Assembly (NCBI RefSeq): GCF_000341895.1
Contig: NC_020409.1
Location: forward strand, 540,001 to 572,000
Direction of reading: 5' to 3'
DNA: 32,000 bases
Origin: Pseudodesulfovibrio piezophilus C1TLV30
GTDB lineage: Bacteria > Desulfobacterota > Desulfovibrionia > Desulfovibrionales > Desulfovibrionaceae
Shown here: positions 27,838 to 32,000 of the stretch, in pieces
How the letters are laid out: the number at the start of each line of letters is the position of its first letter
How positions within the stretch are numbered: the stretch's first letter is position 1
Translations under genes and position numbers: made by a program
Notes under the pieces: model-generated
Databases searched by the model: none
What the model was told of the DNA's origin: nothing
What the model saw: only the letters and a program-made list of their open reading frames with translations

Positions 27838-28647
27838 ATGAATACAAATAATACTCTGAGTCTTGCCATAATGAGCGGAAAAGGCGGAGTTGGCAAAACT
27901 AATATTGTCCTTAACCTTGGATATGCACTCTACCAAGCGCACATGAAAGCACTCCTCATGGACTGTGACTTGGGCTTGGCTAACTTAGACGTTCTCCTTG
28001 GAATCTCCCCGGAACGCACGCTACATGACTTGTTACAAACAGGCGTGGATGCCAGAGATGTCATTGTTCCAATAGAAAATGGTTTTGACATGCTCCCTGC
28101 CACAAGCGGAGTACCCGAGTTAGTAGAAATGGATGAGGATATGCAGGACATTCTCTTTAAAAAACTAATTTCTCTAGCAAATACGTACGATTACCTCATG
28201 CTTGACCTTGGTGCTGGTATCAGTCATACGGTCCTCTCATTTGCAGCACTGACTCAACTTCGAATAGTCGTTGTGACGCCTGAACCAACATCATTGACAG
28301 ATAGCTATGCAATGATCAAAGTTCTAGTCACCCAACATCAAGTTAAAGATTTTCTTGTAATAGTTAACCAAGCTCTTTCTCAATCCGAAGCAAAAACAAC
28401 TTTTGAAAGGCTGGCTGCTGCATGCAAAAATTTCTTGAACATTGACTTGAGAAACCTCGGATTTATTCATCAAGACTCAGTTCTCGTGGAATCCGTACGC
28501 CATCAAACCCCACTGATGAAATATTCGCCTGAGGCAAAAGCAAGCAAGGATATCAGGGCCTTAGCTAAAAAAATAATGCATTATCGTGAAGATAACAAGC
28601 AACGAATAGCAGAGCGTCCCATATTAAAAGATTTCCCTTCCTTATGA
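27838..28647 (+). CDS. MinD/ParA (FlhG-like) family P-loop ATPase
   Basis: Deviant Walker A SGKGGVGKTN, DCDLGLANLD (switch I) and LMLDLGAG (Walker B-like). 269 aa. Confidence 0.8.
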   Translation: MNTNNTLSLAIMSGKGGVGKTNIVLNLGYALYQAHMKALLMDCDLGLANLDVLLGISPERTLHDLLQTGVDARDVIVPIENGFDMLPATSGVPELVEMDEDMQDILFKKLISLANTYDYLMLDLGAGISHTVLSFAALTQLRIVVVTPEPTSLTDSYAMIKVLVTQHQVKDFLVIVNQALSQSEAKTTFERLAAACKNFLNIDLRNLGFIHQDSVLVESVRHQTPLMKYSPEAKASKDIRALAKKIMHYREDNKQRIAERPILKDFPSL

Positions 28648-28663
28648 AATAGCAAATAAGGGG

Positions 28664-28693
28664 TTGACGAAAAGAGCCATTTTTCGGCATAGT
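28664..28693 (+). promoter_or_regulatory. Candidate sigma-70 promoter for the IHF-like gene
   Basis: TTGACG, an 18-nt spacer and CATAGT. It is followed by two TTAGTAAGA direct repeats. Confidence 0.25.
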
Positions 28694-28778
28694 TAGTAAG
28701 AATTTTAGTAAGATTCATTTTTATTTACCTAGGCTCCACACTAGAGCTTGTACCCACTCAATGATTCAGGGGGAAACC

Positions 28779-29054
28779 ATGAACAAGAGCGAATTGATCA
28801 AGGCTCTGTCCGAACAGAAAAAAATGCATGTAGACGAAGCGACTAAAATTGTAGGAGCTTTCGTTGATTCAGTGAAAGAAGCTTTACTTCGAGGAGATCG
28901 TGTCGAAATCCGAGGATTTGGAAGCTTCAAAATCAAAGAATATGAAGGCTATACCGGACGCAATCCAAAAACCGGAAGCGTTGTCCAGGTCCGTCCTAAA
29001 AAACTGCCCTTCTTCCGTCCGGGAAAAGAGTTGAAAGAATTTATCAACGACTAG
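28779..29054 (+). CDS. Integration host factor / HU family DNA-binding protein (IHF beta-like)
   Basis: MNKSELIKAL..., RVEIRGFGSF, GRNPKTGSVVQV, LPFFRPGKELKEFI. AGGGGGA precedes ATG 28779, so the track's 28761 start is rejected. Confidence 0.85.
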   Translation: MNKSELIKALSEQKKMHVDEATKIVGAFVDSVKEALLRGDRVEIRGFGSFKIKEYEGYTGRNPKTGSVVQVRPKKLPFFRPGKELKEFIND

Positions 29055-29055
29055 A

Positions 29056-29910
29056 ATGCGTTGGCTCTCATATTGGCTGCTCGTTGCGGCATTATTTGTT
29101 GTCTCTGGCCCTGCGCACGCGAAACAACCAGTTTTAACTATTCTCTACTCGGCAAATACGTATGGCACAACACGGCCATGCCCCTCTTGAGGAGGTAAAA
29201 CCCTTGGTGGTATAGCTCGGCGAGCTACGTATTTTTTGGATGTCAAGAAAGCGCAAACTTCATGTATTCTTGTCTCAGGTGGATGGGAATTTATGTCGCC
29301 AAGTGGGGAAAAGCCTCCTTTGCAACAACTTGCCATTCTTACCAAAGCATTCGATTTAATGAAGTACGATGTTGCTCTTCTCGCACAGCAAGAAGAGGAA
29401 TTATTTGATTCGACAGTTTTAGATACAACGCGAAAATCCGCTCTCAAGGCTCCTGTCTCAACTATGACCATGAGTAATGGTATGAGAATTGTCTTTTTGA
29501 GATTGCCTCCATTGCCCCCAGGACAAGATCAGCCTTCCCAAAAGATAATAGATAGCATTACAGGCCTTATAAAAACGGAACGCACTCAAGCAAAACTCAT
29601 TGTCGCCCTTTCTGACTGGGGATGGATCGGTGAACGAGAATACTTGGCCGCTAGCCCCGAATTAGTGCCGGATTTACTTATGGGAAGTGGTCTTGGTTCT
29701 GGTGTCAATGGACGTGTGGAGGCTGATGGACGATGCATATGGGTACGCCCCTACGACAAGGGACGAACGATCAATGAAATACAGATTTTTTCTTGGCCAC
29801 GTCAAAATGAACTGAATAAATGGACGCAAACAGAACATTTCAGATCAATATCAATAGGCCTGAATGATCAATATAAAGATAACCCCGCTGTAGATGAAGT
29901 CCTGCGATAA
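29056..29910 (+). CDS. Candidate secreted selenoprotein with TGA 29188-29190 read as Sec in a C-P-S-U motif, on a 5'-nucleotidase/metallophosphatase-like scaffold lacking metal ligands. Alternatively a pseudogene, or two separate ORFs.
   Basis: ATG 29056 lies 1 nt after the ihf stop and is in the same frame as the track ORF 29236-29910. The 44 sense codons upstream of the TGA encode a canonical signal peptide (MRWLSYWLLVAALFVVSGPAHA|KQ) and then LTILYSANTYGTTRPCPS-TGA-GGKTLGGIARRATYFLDVKKAQ. Only one stop interrupts the frame. The track start is a TTG with no SD. A hairpin lies 25-39 nt downstream of the TGA. Confidence 0.55.
29213..29227 (+). promoter_or_regulatory. Possible bacterial SECIS-like stem-loop downstream of TGA 29188
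   Basis: TAGCTC-ggc-GAGCTA (5-6 bp stem, G-rich apical loop). The apical loop lies about 31-33 nt after the U of the UGA, within the range usual for bacterial SECIS elements. Confidence 0.3.
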
Positions 29911-29966
29911 AAAGCAAGCTAGGGTTAAATTTTCAAACCGTATATACTTTTCAGGAGGGAACGACC

Positions 29967-30848
29967 ATGGAACTTCGAGGAGCTTTTACAGCCCTTTCGA
30001 CTCCCTTTAAAAATGGCGAGATTGATGAACCTGCGTATCGAGAATTCATAGAGTGGCAAATAGAACAAGGTATTGATGGCTTGGTTCCATGTGGGACGAC
30101 AGGAGAAGCCGCCACCATGACCCATGCTGAACAAGGTAAATTGATATCTATCTGTGTAGACCAAGTAAAAGGTCGTGTGCCGGTTATAGCAGGTGCCGGG
30201 TCAAACAGTACAAAAGAAGCAATTGAACTTACCCTCTTGGCAAAGGCTGCAGGAGCCGACGCGACACTTCAAATTACTCCTTACTATAACAAACCAACCC
30301 CTGAAGGGCTTGTGGAGCACTTCAAGGCAATTGCGTCTGCAGCTCCTTTTCCTATGGTCATCTACAATGTGCCTGGAAGAACGGGACTCAACCTGCTCCC
30401 TGCCACACTCAAAAAGATAATAGATCAAGTTCCTGAAGCCATAGCCGTAAAAGAGGCCACTGGTGATATGAACCAGGCCGCACAAGTTATTGAAAAATGT
30501 GGAAAAGAATTTCAGCTTTTATCCGGCGACGATTTTACGGTCTTACCATTATTGGCCGTTGGAGGCTGCGGAGTTATTTCCGTCATATCGAACATAATGC
30601 CTAAGATGATGAGTGATATGTGCCATGCTTTTTTTGCTAAAGATTTTGGTAAAGCATTGGAGTGCAGTTTGAAAATGGCTCCGGTAAATAGGGCTATGTT
30701 CATGGAAACGAACCCCATTCCAGTCAAGACATCTCTTAATATGATGGAACTTTTCCCAGCTGCTGAATTTCGATTGCCTATTTTACCACTGCAGGAAAAA
30801 AACAGACCTAAATTGGAACAAGTTCTTAAAAAAGCCAAAGTTATCTAG
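29967..30848 (+). CDS. dapA: 4-hydroxy-tetrahydrodipicolinate synthase
   Basis: VPCGTTGEAATM, ITPYYNKP, and the Schiff-base lysine context AVKEATGD. SD AGGAGGG. Confidence 0.95.
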   Translation: MELRGAFTALSTPFKNGEIDEPAYREFIEWQIEQGIDGLVPCGTTGEAATMTHAEQGKLISICVDQVKGRVPVIAGAGSNSTKEAIELTLLAKAAGADATLQITPYYNKPTPEGLVEHFKAIASAAPFPMVIYNVPGRTGLNLLPATLKKIIDQVPEAIAVKEATGDMNQAAQVIEKCGKEFQLLSGDDFTVLPLLAVGGCGVISVISNIMPKMMSDMCHAFFAKDFGKALECSLKMAPVNRAMFMETNPIPVKTSLNMMELFPAAEFRLPILPLQEKNRPKLEQVLKKAKVI

Positions 30849-30874
30849 TTTTCTCTACAGATTAAAGATCGTCC

Positions 30875-30911
30875 AAAACTCACTTCCGTTTAAACTGAAG
30901 TGAGTTTTTTG
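30875..30911 (+). terminator. Rho-independent terminator after dapA
   Basis: AAAACTCACTTC-N10-GAAGTGAGTTTT, running into a T tract. Confidence 0.8.
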
Positions 30912-30944
30912 CATTTAAATTCTTGATGTTAGATCCTCTCAATA

Positions 30945-30979
30945 CAAAAATGCCCGGCGTGGACTATCCACACCGGGCG
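30945..30979 (-). terminator. Rho-independent terminator after ppaC
   Basis: Read on the minus strand: GCCCGGTGTGG-atagt-CCACGCCGGGC followed by ATTTTTG. Confidence 0.7.
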
Positions 30980-31009
30980 TACTTTGCGCTTCAATCAGTA
31001 GGTCGTTTA

Positions 31010-31930
31010 CTAGGCTTCGAAAGCCTTGATGAAGTTAGGTGCAACCTGCTTCTTACGGCTCATCACCCCTTCAAGGTAAACAGAAGTCCCATTGGGGGCA
31101 ATGCCAAAAGCCTTCTCGACAACGGCAGCATCATCAGATGCAATAAGCATCTCAGAGCCTTCTTTCATAATGTCAGTCAACAGCAAGAAAACTGAATGAC
31201 GTCCATCAGCTTTCACCTTCTCAATCTCAGCCTGAAGGGCCTCTTTGTGTGCATCCAGCATGGACAGATCAACAACTTCCAACTGACCAATACCAACTTT
31301 ATTTCCGGACATATCAAAGTCTTTGTAATCACGGAAGACCAGCTCTTCAGGAGAAGCACCATCAACCGCTGATTTGACTTTAAACATTTCCATGCCCAAA
31401 GCCATAACATCATCAACACCAGCAATCTTTGCCAAAGCTTCAACTGCGGCTTTGTCCTGATCAGTGCAAGTCACAGATTTGAACATGACAGTGTCACTCA
31501 AGATTGCACACAGAAGAATCCCAGCAACATTAGCCGGAATTTCAATATTATAAAAATCATACATGGATTTGATGACAGTTCCAGTACAGCCGACAGGCCA
31601 AACCCACATCTCGAGAGGATTCGAAGTCGTGACATCACCCAGTTTGTGATGATCAACTACAGCAATCAGTTCAGCTTTATCAAGATTATCAATAGTTTGA
31701 GAAATATCAGTGTGATCAACCAGAATAATCTGCTGATCTGTCGCATCGGTTACGATTTCAGGTGCAGCAAGACCAAACTTTTCGAGCACAAAAGCTGTCT
31801 CAGGGGCGATTTCCCCTTGGGAGATAGCCTTGGCCTCCTGGCCACGCTTAGAGAAAAGATCGGCGACAGCAATCGCAGAAGCAATAGTATCGGTGTCCGG
31901 GTTCTTGTGTCCAACAACCAAAATAGCCAT
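31010..31930 (-). CDS. ppaC: Manganese-dependent (family II, DHH) inorganic pyrophosphatase
   Basis: MAILVVGHKNPDTDTIASAIA, VVDHHKLG (DHH motif), and a DHHA2 C-terminal domain ending SRKKQV.P. SD AGGAGGA. Confidence 0.9.
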   Translation of the reverse strand: MAILVVGHKNPDTDTIASAIAVADLFSKRGQEAKAISQGEIAPETAFVLEKFGLAAPEIVTDATDQQIILVDHTDISQTIDNLDKAELIAVVDHHKLGDVTTSNPLEMWVWPVGCTGTVIKSMYDFYNIEIPANVAGILLCAILSDTVMFKSVTCTDQDKAAVEALAKIAGVDDVMALGMEMFKVKSAVDGASPEELVFRDYKDFDMSGNKVGIGQLEVVDLSMLDAHKEALQAEIEKVKADGRHSVFLLLTDIMKEGSEMLIASDDAAVVEKAFGIAPNGTSVYLEGVMSRKKQVAPNFIKAFEA

Positions 31931-32000
31931 ATCTAAAATCCTCCTAATTAAATTAATCCTGTGATCAGGAATATTCGCCTTGAAATAGAATGTGCCAAAT

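Noticed and set aside
29188-29190. Reading TGA 29188 as a plain nonsense mutation (pseudogene) or as a genuine stop separating a 44-aa peptide from a downstream gene.
   Set aside because: I cannot fully exclude this. It is disfavoured because the stop falls exactly in a CxxU position, the downstream part has no credible start or RBS, the upstream part alone would be a signal peptide with a 22-aa tail, and a hairpin follows at SECIS distance. It is kept as the alternative hypothesis in the finding.
29145-29471. 108-aa minus-strand ORF covering the ihf/29236 gap.
   Set aside because: It is antisense to a better-supported plus-strand frame (signal peptide, conserved-looking blocks). It has no SD and its composition is typical of a shadow ORF.
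1-32000. Search for CRISPR arrays, IS/transposase or integrase genes, toxin-antitoxin pairs or defence islands.
   Set aside because: I saw no periodic repeat-spacer structure, no terminal inverted repeats flanking ORFs, and no recognisable mobile-element or defence protein motifs. Gene content and spacing look like core chromosome.

Overview
This is a 32-kb chromosomal window that is mostly housekeeping. By eye it is low to moderate in GC. Gene content suggests a sulfate-reducer-type deltaproteobacterium (Desulfovibrionales-like), but that is inference only. I support about 32 protein-coding genes.

Gene order:
- Plus strand, 1-7781: ctpA (5'-truncated at the window edge), a YibQ-like divergent polysaccharide deacetylase, an isolated fliM, a 3-gene ABC transporter (COG2984/COG4120/COG1101 type), ndk and proC.
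- Minus strand, 7807-17007: cbiB/cobD, then a macromolecular-synthesis-type cluster read as rpsU-yqeY-mutS2-dnaG-rpoD, then hup plus an unlisted 56-aa membrane ORF, then rsmA(ksgA).
- Plus strand, 17124-30848: apt-mtnP-mtaD, a PxxKW-type Cys-rich mini-protein, an M20 peptidase, mnmG, corC-lnt-prfB, a GGDEF cyclase, a MinD/ParA ATPase, an IHF/HU-like gene, an unusual secreted protein and dapA.
- Minus strand, 31010-31930: ppaC.

I found no rRNA, tRNA, CRISPR array, transposase or integrase, and no obvious defence island.

The ORF track mis-models several things:
1. The ORF at 29236 appears to be the 3' part of a longer gene starting at ATG 29056. That gene has a signal peptide and is interrupted only by an in-frame TGA inside a C-P-S-TGA (CxxU) motif, with a hairpin just downstream. 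I read it as a candidate periplasmic selenoprotein on a 5'-nucleotidase-like scaffold that has lost its metal ligands.
2. prfB uses the classical +1 programmed frameshift (CTT TGA C preceded by GGGGG).
3. A 56-aa transmembrane ORF with a good SD lies directly behind hup.
4. Several N-terminal extensions in the track (ndk, dnaG, yqeY, rsmA, ihf, the SBP) are probably wrong.

Promoter calls are consensus matches made by eye and carry low confidence.
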